Source of the DNA: Octopus sinensis
Taxonomy: Eukaryota
NCBI RefSeq assembly: GCF_006345805.1
Contig: NC_043003.1
Coordinates: 117,180,001 to 117,244,000 of the forward strand
Direction of reading: 5' to 3'
Length of the DNA: 64,000 nucleotides
Of this stretch, positions 1 through 12,190 are shown piece after piece. How positions within the stretch are numbered: position 1 is the stretch's first letter; every line of letters starts with the position of its first letter. The notes under the pieces are model-generated. The model had not been told where the DNA came from. It saw only the letters and a program-made list of their open reading frames with translations, and did no database searches. Made by a program: the position numbers and the translations under genes.

Positions 1-59
1 TTCTACTAAGAGATCCCAATAAAAGAAAAACAGGAAAGGACACCGTCAAAATTGACAGA

Positions 60-427
60 ATGCTTATTGTATTCTACGAAAAAGGGTTGAGAAGGATTGT
101 GAGAACCTACCAGTAGCTCATTCAAGCAATGTAAACATTTTAAAGAAGACCAACACAAGGTCACTTAGCGAAATCCTCACGGGACGAAACTGAAAACTAC
201 TCGATCACATATTCCGGCTGGCCAAACGACGCGAATTTAAAATAGCTTTCGAAAGGAGACCACTGGGTGGAGGGGGGAGAAAACGGAAAACTACACGGCG
301 CAAAACATTCGTGAGCTACATGAGATCGGTCAATAGCACATGGCTTGATGCAGATAAAACCGCAGCCAACAGACATAAGTAGCGTCAAATTCCTGCCAAA
401 TATGCTCGAAAGCGCAGAAAGAACTAA
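60..427 (+). mobile_element. Decayed RTE-clade LINE ORF2 3' end
   Basis: Manual translation across one frameshift and stops: FYEKGLRRIV..SNVNILKKTNTRSLSEIL..DHIFRLAKRREF..GGRKRKTTRRKTF..TWLDADKTAANRHK*RQI. This resembles the RTE post-RT tail (CLRRIL..SN.EVL..GH.LR..GKR.RGRP.TW..A.DR..WR). Confidence 0.6.
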
Positions 428-849
428 TAAATATAAAGTACGTCTTTGGAGCAAAATGGAATTTCGTTGCTAGCAAGATTTTAATGGTTGAGATTAAAAG
501 AGGGCAACGGAGGACTGTTATGGCTTTTAATCTGACAATTTCCCAATTCAGTTTTTCTCCCAGTTCATTCCGTTTATATTATTGTAGCTGGAAATGTCAT
601 AAATTCCTACATATCATAAATTCACCACATATCAACCGGACATTCGTCTTTCCTGCGAAGGCTAAACACGTGGAGTAGCTAGACTTCGTTATGTGTGTTA
701 GATTATCACTGGAAGCTCTGAACACATGCGTCTTCGTGTTCAGTCTAATCTATTACACGTAATAATTCATGGAAGAATAATAGAGGGATAAAGGTACAAA
801 TGGGCTCCTTGCAACAAACTCATCTTTTATATTAGTTTCAAATTTTGGC

Positions 850-1046
850 ACAAGGCCAGCAATATGGGGGGAAGGGAATAAGTCGTGTACATCAACCCCA
901 GTACTCAACTGGTAGTTATTTTATCGGCCGAACTGGATGAAGACCAAAGTCAACTTCAATAAAATTTGAGCTCAGAACGTAAATACGGACGAAATGCTGC
1001 CAAGTATTTTGTTCGGCACTGTAACGATTCAGTCAATTTGCCGCCC
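850..1046 (-). mobile_element. Old diverged copy of SINE family B
   Basis: Degenerate match to the ...ctcagaacgtaaa..gacgaaat..gccgcc body of the intact copies. Confidence 0.65.
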
Positions 1047-1434
1047 TCAATTCTCTCTTTTATATTGGAGTTTAGTATTTCCAAATATTTATCAATGATA
1101 AGGCGTGTGGAAGTAGAAGTCGTGTTCTTTTGTTTAAATGAACGAAAGGATGAAGCAATGGGCATGTTTTTTGTGTACTGCTCCGTTCGCACGCGAGTTT
1201 GTGTGTGTGTATGTGTGTGTGTGTGCGCGCGTGTGTGTATGTATGTGTTTATATACTGATCATAAAGATAAGTGGTTCTCAGGTAGATGCGCTGCGCTAA
1301 CTGTTAATATAAATTGCTAATATGAAACATTTGTTTTTTTCTTTCCTTATATATTTAGTCATTCTTCTTCCCATCCACCCCACAATATTCGGCGGTTCAA
1401 ACACTACAGGTTACGATTGCTATGTATAATACCA

Positions 1435-1853
1435 ATTTCTTTATTACCCACAAGGGGTTAAACACAGAGAGGACAAACAAAGACAGACAACCGGATTAAG
1501 TCGATTACATCGACCCCAGTGCGTAACTGGTACTTATTTAATCGACCCCGAAAGGATGAAAGGCAAAGTCGACCTCGGCGGAATTTGAACTCAGAACGTA
1601 GCGGCAGACGAAATACCTATTTCTTTACTACCCACAAGGGGTTAAACACAGAGGGGACAAACAAGGACAGACAACCGGATTACGTCGATTATATCGACCC
1701 CAGTGTGTAACTGGTACTTAATTAATCGACCCCGAAAGGATGAAAGGCAAAGTCGACCTCGGCGGAATTTGAACTCAGAACGTAGCGGCAGACGAAATAC
1801 AGCTAAGCATTTCGTCCGACGTGCTAACGATTCCGCCAGCTCGCCGCCTTCTA
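1435..1853 (-). mobile_element. tRNA-derived SINE family B, one head + 2 tandem ~184-bp bodies
   Basis: Head GGCGGCGAGCTGGC..GTTAGCACG and B-box-like GAGTTCAAATTCC. Flanking 17-bp TSD with 2 mismatches (1418-1434 / 1854-1870). Confidence 0.9.
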
Positions 1854-2356
1854 TGCTGTGCATAATACCAAACAGCACGAAGGTAGGGAAACATACTTGA
1901 AAACTTACACTCTGAACTGTAAAATTATGCATCACTATTATTGAAGATAAAAGAAAAGGGATCAAAGGTCCGTCCCTTTAATCTCATAAAAACGGTTTCC
2001 CGGATTCCGAGGATCCTTACGGAGATAAATGTCACAACAGAAGCAGGCATCTTTGTGTATATGTCACGAAATAACACTTACAACAACTTGGTACCTGCTT
2101 CATTAACAGTCATAACCGACTGAATACGGATGTGGTAGACCGAGCAAAGCATTTCCGTTTCATTCAGGTAGATAAACCTGAATATCTTCCTAACAGCGGT
2201 CTTCATTTAGTGAAGCTTGTGGGAGGTAATACAGTTGACTTGTCCACTTTGACGACGATAATCACTACAAGTCCGACCTTTAAATAAACCAGCTCACCCT
2301 TCGAACCATGTGTTGCTGTAGCGTCCTCATTCATTTCGTAATCCTTAACAAACATA

Positions 2357-2527
2357 GGCGCAGGAGTGGCTGTGTGGTAAGTAACTTGCTTACCAACCAC
2401 ATGGTTCCGGGTTCAGTCCCACTGCGTGGCACCTTGGGCAAATGTCTTCTACTATAGCCTCGGGCCGACCAAAGCCTTGTGAGTGGATTTGGTCAACGGA
2501 AACTGAAAGAAGCCCGTCGTATATATG

Positions 2528-2558
<31 letters not shown>

Positions 2559-2787
2559 TATATATATATGCGTGTATGTTGTGTGTCTGTGTTTGTCCCC
2601 CTAGCATTGCTTGACAACCGATGCTGGTGTGTTTATGTCCCCGTCACTTAGCTGTTCGGCAAAAGAGACCGATAGAATAAGTACTGGGCTTACAAAGAAT
2701 AAGTCCTGGGGTCGATTTGCTCGACTAAAGGATGTGCTCCAGCATGGCCGCAGTCAAATGACTGAAACAAGTAAAAGAGTAATGAGT
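2357..2787 (+). mobile_element. tRNA-derived SINE family A with CORE-like segment and internal (AT)n
   Basis: GGCGCAGGAGTGGCTGTGTGGTAAG..GGTTCAGTCCC head, CCTTGGGCAAATGTCTT core-like motif, internal microsatellite, GTAAAAGA tail. At least 9 near-identical copies in the window. Confidence 0.9.
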
Positions 2788-2901
2788 AAACAAAAGTAGC
2801 GGAATTTTATCAAAACTGTTAAGGTCTGAGACAGTGAAATCAGACGACATAAAACGACGGTTGGTTGCAACTGCTGCAGACACCACCAATGGGGATCAAA
2901 C

Positions 2902-3024
2902 AAACAAACTAACTACAATAACAACCATAACAACAACATCACAATTAATATCCAACTTCGCATCATTGAGAAATAATTACAGCAAGCACAGCAATTTTTC
3001 TACTTCTCTTTCTTCATCTTCTTC
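2902..3024. repeat. 123-bp inverted copy of 6164-6286 flanked by an imperfect ~25-bp direct repeat
   Basis: Reverse complement matches 6164-6286. CAGACACCACCAATGG occurs at 2877 and 3024. Confidence 0.9.
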
Positions 3025-3529
3025 AGACACCACCAATGGAGGGATCGAAACCTAAAAGAAGTAGTTGTGGCAATAGATGTCTTGAATGACTATGTATTCT
3101 CAATTTTCCTTCCATCAGCTTTTGGAACTTCGAAGTATGCGAATAATAGACATTATGTTTACACCGTTGTAACTGCTGTCGCTAACGTTCACCTGTTAAT
3201 TAAACTGCTAAATAGATTTGTTGCGATATATTATTTTCAAACACCTAAAAAAGGAGCGGGTTTACTTGAGAAACCCAAATAACGTGAGTTCAATAGAGGG
3301 TTCCGACAGACTTAACATAAACCAGATCAGTTGACATAATTTCTACTGCATTGATAATACCAACAGGGAGGGGCCCGGTGCCACGTATTTCGGTAACAAC
3401 TTTCGTTCGCATAATTTTCTAACCCTATGTTTCACAATTTATCAGAGGAATGAAAAAAACTTAGCTTGTTAATTTACGGGAAAAAAGACGGAACATTTTA
3501 AAAACATCTTTAATTCAGACGTCCCAATT

Positions 3530-3850
3530 TATATTAGCAGTTGTTGGAAGTTTGAAAGAAAATGAAGCACAAGAAGATTAAGAGAAAGCTTAGAAAGAAT
3601 GAATCTGTGGGAAATGAATGAGTGTTGCTTTTTATGTGTGCGATTTGTGGGGGGAAATGGTTGGGTGGCGCAGGCCTGGTCAGCCATCAGGAAAGTCACA
3701 GGAATCAACCCATTATAAATTGTAATATGGCTGTTGTTCACAGCGAGACATGTGCAACCTGTGGAAAGGTGTGCTTTATTGTTGGAGGATTGAAAAGGCA
3801 TGTCAAAAGAGTTCATGCTTTGGCACCTGTGTCTTCCTCGTATACGAGAG
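3530..3850 (+). mobile_element. Remnant with two C2H2 zinc fingers, probably an RTE-clade LINE ORF2 C-terminus
   Basis: CAICGGKWLGGAGLVSHQESH and CATCGKVCFIVGGLKRHVKRVH, preceded by a frameshifted basic KFE..KIKRKLRK stretch. No TGEKP linker. Confidence 0.5.
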
Positions 3851-3925
3851 AGCAGCTACTATATATATATGTGTGAGTATGTGTGTATATATATGTGTGT
3901 GTGTGTGAGTGGTATTAATTCTAGG

Positions 3926-4886
3926 TAGGGCGGCGAGCTGGCAGAAACGTTAGCACGTCGGGCGAAATGCTTAGCGGTATTTCGTCTGCCGCTACGTTCT
4001 GAGTTCAAATTCCGCCGAAGTCGACTTTGCCTTTCATCCTTTCGGGGTCGATTAAATAAGTACCAGTTACGCACTGGAGGTCGATATAATCGACTTAATC
4101 CCTTTGTCTGTCCTTGTTTGTCCCCTCTCTGTGTTTAGCCCCTTGCGGGTAGTAAAGAAATAGGTATTTCGTCTGCCGTTACGTTCTGAGTTCAAATTCC
4201 GCCGAAGTCGACTTTGCCTTTCATCCTTTCGGGGTCGATTAAATAACTACCAGTTACGCACTGGGGTCGATATAATCGACTTAATCCCTTTGTCTGTCCT
4301 TGTTTGTCCTCCCTGTGTTTAGCCCCTTGCGGGTAGTAAAGAAATAGGTATTTCGTCTGCCGCTACGTTCTGAGTTCAAATTCCGCCAAGGTCGACTTTG
4401 CCTTTCATCCTTTTGGGGTCGATTAAATAACTACCAGTTACGCACTGGGGTCGATATAATCGACTTAATCCCTTTTTCTGTCCTTGTTTGTCCTCTCTGT
4501 GTTTAGTCCCTTGCGGGTAGTAAAGAACTAGGTATTCCGTCTGCCGCTACGTTCTGAGTTCAAGTTCAGCTGAGGTCGACTTTGCCTTTCATCCTTTCGG
4601 GGTCGATTAAATAAGTACCAGTTACGCACTGGGGTCGATATAATCGACTTAATCCCTTTGTCTGTGCTTGTTTGTCCTCTCTGTGTTTAACCCCTTGTGG
4701 GTAGTGAATAAATAGAAATAGGTATTGCGCCCGTCGCTACATTTTGAGTTCAAATTCCACCGTGGTCGACTTTGCCTTTCATCCTTTTCGGGTTTACGGA
4801 CTGGGGTCAATGTAATCGACTTTATCCGTTTGTCTGTCCTTGTTTGTCCTCTCTGTGTTTAGCCCCTTGTGGGTAGTAAAGAAATA
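3926..4886 (+). mobile_element. SINE family B concatemer: one head + 5 tandem ~184-bp bodies
   Basis: GGTATT junctions at 4163, 4347, 4531 and 4721. A perfect 15-bp TSD GGTATTAATTCTAGG at 3911-3925 and 4887-4901. Confidence 0.92.
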
Positions 4887-5544
4887 GGTATTAATTCTAG
4901 GAAAGATATGGAGAAAAAAGGGCACACAGCACACATAATGTCAGGCAGACAATTTTTGAGCAAGAAAACATGGTTGTAATCGAAAGGCAAGACTCAACCA
5001 TTGAATTCGAAATTTCGGATTAGATATGATAACGATGCGTATTTCTGTTTCTAATTTGTTTGTATCCTTCTTTATTACTTTACAGCAGAATTTTCTTTTG
5101 TGTTTTGCTGATTCTTTGCGTGATAAGCTGTAAAAGCAACAACTGGTTATGATAGTAGCCGTCTATAGACGGATTTGCCATGAAATCGGAGCTGTTCGCA
5201 GATTCTCTATCTTAATACTGGTTAGTTTCGTATTTCCTTTTACGATTATGATGCCCATAAAATGGAAAACAAAATCACTCGTGTTTATTAAACTCTTGCA
5301 TGCGAACTGCAATGGAATTAACAACAGAAATGATAGAAAAATAACTAAATCAATACGTAAATAAATAAATTACAATACAATCTTTACGTGTTTGGAATAT
5401 TATATTCTTTTTTTATGTATTATTTATATTTCATCGTTTCACCTTTTTATTACCATTTTTTGTATGTGATATATTTGTGTAGTTCCAATTATCTGCCGAG
5501 TTCTCTTCATTTATTTTTATCTTATTTTATTTGAGTAATCCATT

Positions 5545-5706
5545 ATCTTCTTCTTCTTCTTCTTCTCTTCTTCTTCTCTTCTTCTTCTTCTTCTTCTTCT
5601 TCTTCTTCTTCTTCCCCTTCATTATTATTATTATTATTATTATTATTGTTTGATCGGATTTATTATCAACCAATAGTATTTTACAGCTTAAATTTTATAG
5701 CTTGGT

Positions 5707-5735
<29 letters not shown>
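5545..5735. repeat. (TTC)n, (ATT)n and (AT)n microsatellites
   Basis: Direct inspection. Confidence 0.95.
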
Positions 5736-5740
<5 letters not shown>

Positions 5741-7157
5741 CATGTACATAAAGTATGTTTGCATACACAACGCACGTACTTATATAATATATTCACACAC
5801 ACATATATATACACAGCTGCATGCACACATATACATGCATACTCCCACATGTATGTGCCTTAGCGGGCGCACGTGCGTGCGTGTGTGTGTGTGTGTGTCT
5901 GTGTGCGTGTGTGTGTGCGTGTGTGTGTGTACAACGTATAAAGAGAAAGAAAAATGCGACGTAATGTCTCCGTCTTCAAGAAAACGTACCAAAAACAACT
6001 ATTCCCACGCAACAACAACAACAACAGCAGCAGCAGCATTAACTTTGGTACAGTAATATAACAGCGGCAACAAAGCAGTAATAATCGCTGCTAGTCTTTC
6101 TACTAAAACGACCATCGCTGCAATGATAACAGAGAGGAAGCAGAGTAAAGAGGCAGAGAAGAAGAAGAAGATGAAGAAAGAGAAGTAGAAAAATTGCTGT
6201 GCTTGCTGTAATTATTTCTCAATGATGCGAAGTTGGATATTAATTGTGATGTTGTTGTTATGGTTGTTATTGTAGTTAGTTTGTTTTTACATTTTTTCAC
6301 GAAAATAAAGTTTTAAATAATTTGTTTAGTTTTATTTTGTTTTGCTTCTTTCCAATTCACGTTTTCTTTGTCATAGACTTTTGAGTGCTCATTATTTTGA
6401 ATTTTATTTCATTTTTGTGGGTTACATTTTAAAAAATTTTTGTTAAGAAAACTCGGTCTCCATTTCTGTTTTTCATTAAATAAACAACTGAATTTAACGT
6501 AAACAATATTCACGATTATTTACTGCTGGAACCTACGTCTAATACTTTAAACTAATTTACTTAAAGGATAATTAATTATAGTTTTAAGATTAGAATTGTC
6601 TAGATTTTAAATACACTTACAAGCTGGTATCAAATTAGGAAAATAACCAAATTGCGGGATTACACGCATTTTATTTCCAGCTTCAGAGATTTTAGTTAAA
6701 AAGTTACAACATCCGCGACGTATTTTCGTAAACTTCTCGAAATCAAAGAAATGGCCATATGGAGCGCTGAAGCCGGTGGGAACAGAAAATTAGCTGAGAA
6801 TTCAATATCTTATTCATTCGGTCTTTTTACATATAAATATACCAATTCTTATGAGAGTTGAAAGAAGTAACACAAAAGGAGGCATGCTTCAAATTCTATT
6901 CTACAACTCTACAATATATTTCGTTCAAAGAAATTAAGACGATAGAAAATGAATAAGAAAACAATGACCGAACAATTTTCACAAAAGAAATAACTTTGAT
7001 TTTATCTCATACATGCTCGAAGCGTAAAACTACTACTCTTTCCCCTTCTCTGAGCATCTTATTAATACATTGCTTATGCCACGTACAAACGTTTGTTTTT
7101 TTTTCTTTTTCTCTGTGATTTTTTGAATTGACTATATCTATGTGTGTGTGTGTATGT

Positions 7158-7196
<39 letters not shown>

Positions 7197-7346
7197 AGTA
7201 TCTGTGTTTGTGTGTGAAAGAGAAAAATTGATATTGAATTTAGTACAAATTCAATATCGGGTACGATTGTTTCTGAATCATTCCGTTTCTGACTACATTA
7301 CATTGCGTTCGAGAAATGACAGAACATATATATGTATGAATATATA

Positions 7347-7413
<67 letters not shown>

Positions 7414-7442
7414 GAGGGGTAGGTATGTATATATATGCATAT

Positions 7443-7535
<93 letters not shown>

Positions 7536-7596
7536 TATCCTTAAATCCTTAAAAATGTTTCAGGCCGAAGCCTGCGGCCATGCTGGGGCACCACCG

Positions 7597-7627
<31 letters not shown>

Positions 7628-7817
7628 CTGTATGTGTGTGTGTGTGTGTGTATATACAAGCATAGACAGACACATAGATAGATGGACACATACAGACAGA
7701 CAGAAAGAAAGACAGGCAGACAGAGAGATAGACAGATAGACAGCCAGACAAACTGACAGACAGGCATAGATTTATATGTATGCACAGAAACATCTTGATT
7801 TAGCAGCTTACCAGATT

Positions 7818-7875
<58 letters not shown>

Positions 7876-8157
7876 CCTCTCTGGCCTTCGTTCTCTCTCC
7901 GTCTCTATCAGGAGTGTTATGCAAATGGTGCTCAATCTTTCACTCAGGCTACAAATTATAATTTAGCTGATCGTAAGCAGTCTAAAAACGTTTCTATGCC
8001 GAGTTTTACCAGATAGTCCGCAAAAGCACAGCTTATCCGCAGTTCTCTATGGCCAATATACTTGAAATCCTTAAACATATTGCGTTGTGCCAAGATGGCA
8101 CTCCGTGTATTTCAATTGGATAAGATTAAATTTGATGTTGTACACCAAAGTATATAC

Positions 8158-8345
8158 TCTTTTACTCCATGCTGGAGTAACGTCTTTAGTCGAGCAAGTC
8201 GAAATCGCAGCTTATTCTTTGTAAGCCTAGTACTTATTCTAGCGGTTTCTTTTGCCGAACCGCTGAGTAAACACACCTTCATCGGTTGTTAACTGCTGTT
8301 GGGAAGAAAAACACAGACACACACACACACACCACACACACACAT
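8158..8345 (-). mobile_element. SINE family A, 3' half, diverged
   Basis: Matches the ...gccgaaccgct..cacacc..tcggttgt segment. Confidence 0.75.
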
Positions 8346-8709
8346 ATATATATATATATGTTTGAAAAGTTAAGATATACAAATTGTTAGATCGACATGT
8401 GCTCTAACGCTCTGTGCATCTAGAATTAGGAAGGCGTCCCGCTGACGAACCTTGCCTTGGCAAACATATTCTGTCTGTTTTGCTAGAAAGAGGTAGAAAC
8501 CGATCAGCCCGGGATATAGCGTTAATGGTAAATGTTTTTGATTTTCACTCTCTCCATGAATTTATTCCTTTTTGTGTCTCTAGCACTAAGCTTCCTTATT
8601 TGGGAGCCTTTTATTATATTTCTATATGAATAATATTTTGTCTAATGACCAATTCGTCTTTTGTGCTAAGCCACTGGTAATAATAACCTATGTTATTACC
8701 CTTTTTGAT

Positions 8710-8754
<45 letters not shown>

Positions 8755-8789
8755 ATGTATATGTATATGTATATATTGTTATATTTCGG

Positions 8790-8988
8790 AATGGTCATTT
8801 TGCCAGTTTAGCCAATAAAATATATAATGTGCCTCTACCAGTTTTCTTTTACCAAACCCACTCATAAGGCTTTGGTCGGTCCGAGGCTATAGTAGAAGAC
8901 AGCTGCCCAAGGTGCCATGCATTAGGACTGAACACAGGACCATAATGGTTGGTAAGCAACCTACTTACCACACAGCCACTCCTACGGC
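8790..8988 (-). mobile_element. SINE family A-related 5' half
   Basis: cccactcataaggctttggtcgg..cttaccacacagccactcct head. Confidence 0.75.
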
Positions 8989-9007
8989 TGTGTATACTTT
9001 TGAATTA

Positions 9008-9230
9008 GATGGTTAAGTGACTAGGGCTCAAGATCTTGAGACCGTAAGTTGGGCACCCGGTTGTGCATAATGTCCTTGAGCAAGACACTTTACTTCACAC
9101 TGCTTCAGTTCACTCAACTGCCAAACATGCGTCTGTGGAGTACTCAGGCACTTGTAAGTTAATTTTATGAGCAGACTGTTCTGCTGACCAGACTAGTTGG
9201 GACACTCGTCGACGTAATAAAGCTTCTGGG
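9008..9230 (+). mobile_element. Diverged CORE-like SINE (family C head, tail shared with the 62106-62517 SINE)
   Basis: CCTTGAGCAAGACACTTTACTTCAC core. The gtctgtggagtactcaggcacttgtaagttaattt tail matches the reverse complement of 62190-62245. Confidence 0.65.
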
Positions 9231-9408
9231 GACATAACATCTTTATGGACAGAAAAAACCTAGATTAAACAAACCGAAAAAACCGATGGCTTGGTAAGTA
9301 TTGTTAGTCTTAAGTCCACAATGTTTTATTTACCCCTTTTTACTAAAATTTAAATGCTGCTTCATCGGGGGTGAAGGTTCATCGCATTATGCTTAAGAAG
9401 TTCTCACT

Positions 9409-9463
<55 letters not shown>

Positions 9464-9576
9464 CATTTCCAGTTACGTGATTTGGGGTTCAGTCCTTCTA
9501 TAGACCCGATCCATATGATACCTTGCAACTCAAGTGAATTGGTAATCGGAAACTATGAAGAAACTCGTTGTGTTTG

Positions 9577-9650
<74 letters not shown>

Positions 9651-9656
<6 letters not shown>

Positions 9657-9893
9657 GCAAACGAAGTGTGGCGTCCTATACGGGACAGTGCTTCAGGCGT
9701 AACCACCCAGAAACCTAGAAACTCGAATCCGTGTGTATCACGTAAGGCTAGGAGTGGGAGCGATGACCTCTCCTCAAAATACTAATCGGACACAGAATGT
9801 GTGTCATTAGTCAGCTGGAAGAGATGTCTTCCTGGGGCTAAAATCAACAGTAGCACTGTCCCGTATAGGATGCCACACTTGGTTGGCAATTAT
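9651..9893 (+). mobile_element. Family H element (hammerhead-bearing family) 3' part, with a 42-bp inverted copy of its end, in (AT)n
   Basis: ATAATTGCAAACGAAGTGTGGCGTCCTATACGGGACAGTGCT versus its reverse complement at 9852-9893. The body aligns with 56189-56400 (minus) and 60320-60490. Confidence 0.75.
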
Positions 9894-9911
9894 ATATATA
9901 TATATTATATA

Positions 9912-9992
<81 letters not shown>

Positions 9993-10016
9993 ACATACAT
10001 ATACATATACACACAC

Positions 10017-10063
<47 letters not shown>

Positions 10064-10076
10064 TAGATAGATAGAT

Positions 10077-10132
<56 letters not shown>

Positions 10133-10584
10133 ATCAAAATGAAATTAACTAGCTTTAGTCACAACAATTGTTACTGTTGCGGAGTTTTCCTTATAATACA
10201 TGTTATATAAATATTAATTGAATATGACATATGGATCCAGCAGTTGTGTACTCGCACATCATCAGATGAGTGGCTCTTAGAGCGGTGTAATGTAGCGGTT
10301 CGGCAAACGAGACCAAAAGAATAAGTACCAAACTTGAAACAATGTTACTTCGATAGTGGTTCCCCTACATGGGCGCAGCCTATTGAATAAAACATGTAAT
10401 GGATAAAGGGTAAAAGATAAACGATACAAAGCGATAGCAATGTGGATACGGTTGAACTTCCGCCTGGTGTTCAACAGGATTATTCTACTGGTTGGACGTG
10501 AATCAAATATGACCAACATCCAAAGGCTATTCATAGTACAAGATGCTGACAAACATCTTCGACCAGTTAACGAGATAAGATGAA

Positions 10585-10825
10585 ATATAGGGAGAGTTTA
10601 CGAAAAAAAAAAACAAAAGACGAAGACAGGTGGTGTACAAAGCAAACAGATGTATTAGTATAACGCTCAGGAATAGAAAAAGTCTTTTACGTTTCGAGCC
10701 TACGCTCTTCTACAGAAAGGGACACAGAAAAAAAAACAAGGAGAGAAACAAGGGGAGAAAAAAGGAGAGAAAAGAAAGGAGAGAAAAATGTGTCTAGTGG
10801 CTAACGATCTATCATGGCGACTGAT
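10585..10825 (-). mobile_element. Solo 3' tail (pLTR) of the Penelope-like family at 27095
   Basis: Aligns with 27100-27305 (caaaagacgaag.caggtgg..gtattagta..cgctcaggaa..gtttcgagcctacgctcttc). Confidence 0.8.
10684..10719 (-). ncRNA. Minimal hammerhead-like motif
   Basis: CTTT-CTGTAGA-A-GAGC gtag GCTC-GAA-ACGT-A-AAAG: stem I CTTT/AAAG, palindromic stem III, GUA site. Core position 6 is non-canonical. Confidence 0.6.
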
Positions 10826-11527
10826 GAAATATATAAGAAAAAGGCTGTAACTGTTTAACAAAATTTGTGATGGTTGTGAAGTAAACAGGTAGATTGTTGG
10901 CACTATCAGAGAAATTGTTCTTTCTTTGAATTGAAAAGACTGTCGAAGGAACGCTGCAAAAGTTTCAAACATTTTATCTCACAAATCTCGAACATCAATT
11001 TGGAAGCTCCGTGATAACTTATTTAAGTAAAATGTTTAAACTCTTTCACTAAATATGAAAATAAAAAATTCTTGCGATTTTTGGAAATTCCATTTCTTGA
11101 TTAAAATAAAATAAAATAAGGACATATTTCGTAATATTTGGATGGAAATCAAATCATGTATTCTGAGATTTATTACTTGCACTTAATAATCCTCAGGAAA
11201 TTTACCATTTCTTTATTTGTTTATTTATTTATTTTTCTAATATTAATCAGAATTCTGTCATTACGATACCTGATACAATTCGTGTAATTTCAATTTTTAT
11301 ATTAATTTCTTCGATAACTGATATGAAATGTGGAATTGCTATGATAAAGCTATCAGGATATTATAGCTAAATACAAAGATACACACATACATACACACAT
11401 AAACACACACACTCAAGCACATACAATCTCACACAGACATAAATATATATATGTAAATGTATGTTAATCTATGTATATATATATATATACATATATATAC
11501 GTACGTATATATATGTATGTATATGCA

Positions 11528-11577
<50 letters not shown>

Positions 11578-11807
11578 GGCATTTCCACGTTACTTATATT
11601 TGTGTTTTCATGTGTGAGTGTTGAGTATGAGGGGGTGAGGAGAGGCGAGATATCTAATATTTTAGAAATAGAATATTTATTATTTTACTGATGTAATATT
11701 TAATTTCATAACATGAATGTCGCCATATTGTCTTGTGTTTTAGTGGTATTTTATTGAATAATTTGGCGACTCAGTCACAGACACTCTTCTATATCTTTAG
11801 GTATATA

Positions 11808-12190
11808 CTAGCAGTATCGCCCGGCGTTGCTCAGGTTTGTAAGGGAAATAACTATAAAGCATTTTTAGAGAGTTATAGCTAAAAAATAGCAAAAAAATGG
11901 AAAAAAATTATGGTAAATTTTTTTTTTAGTTAAAAAAGGTGGAGTTGCGTCCCCTAGACAGTTTGCGGTTTGTGTTTCTGATTCTCGACCCCATGTCGAA
12001 TTTATCGATTTTTTTCCGAACTGGGGGAACTTTTCAAAATTTTCGCTGCGTTAGTTTTGAATTATGACATTGGGCTGTGTGTGTGTCAAGTTTCATCAGA
12101 ATTGGTTGAAAGCCGTGGTCACGGTGAGGGTACAAGCAAACAGACACACAGAAACACGCACAGACAAACTGCCGTTTATATATAGAGAGA
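11808..12190 (-). mobile_element. Non-autonomous Helitron
   Basis: Minus strand runs A|TC... to ...CCTGAGCAACGCCGGGCGATACTGCTAG|T: 5' TC, 3' GC hairpin + CTAG, A/T target. Confidence 0.8.

Noticed and set aside
2075-2290. 70-codon Met-less frame (..VDRAKHFRFIQVDKPEYLP..)
   Set aside because: No recognised homology or clear splice signals.
3926-4886. CRISPR-like or rolling-circle array interpretation of the SINE B repeats
   Set aside because: There are no unique spacers, and a tRNA head plus a single TSD indicate a retroposon.
2902-6286. 3.4-kb DNA transposon with 123-bp TIRs
   Set aside because: No outer TSD or transposase; the direct repeat flanks only the left copy.
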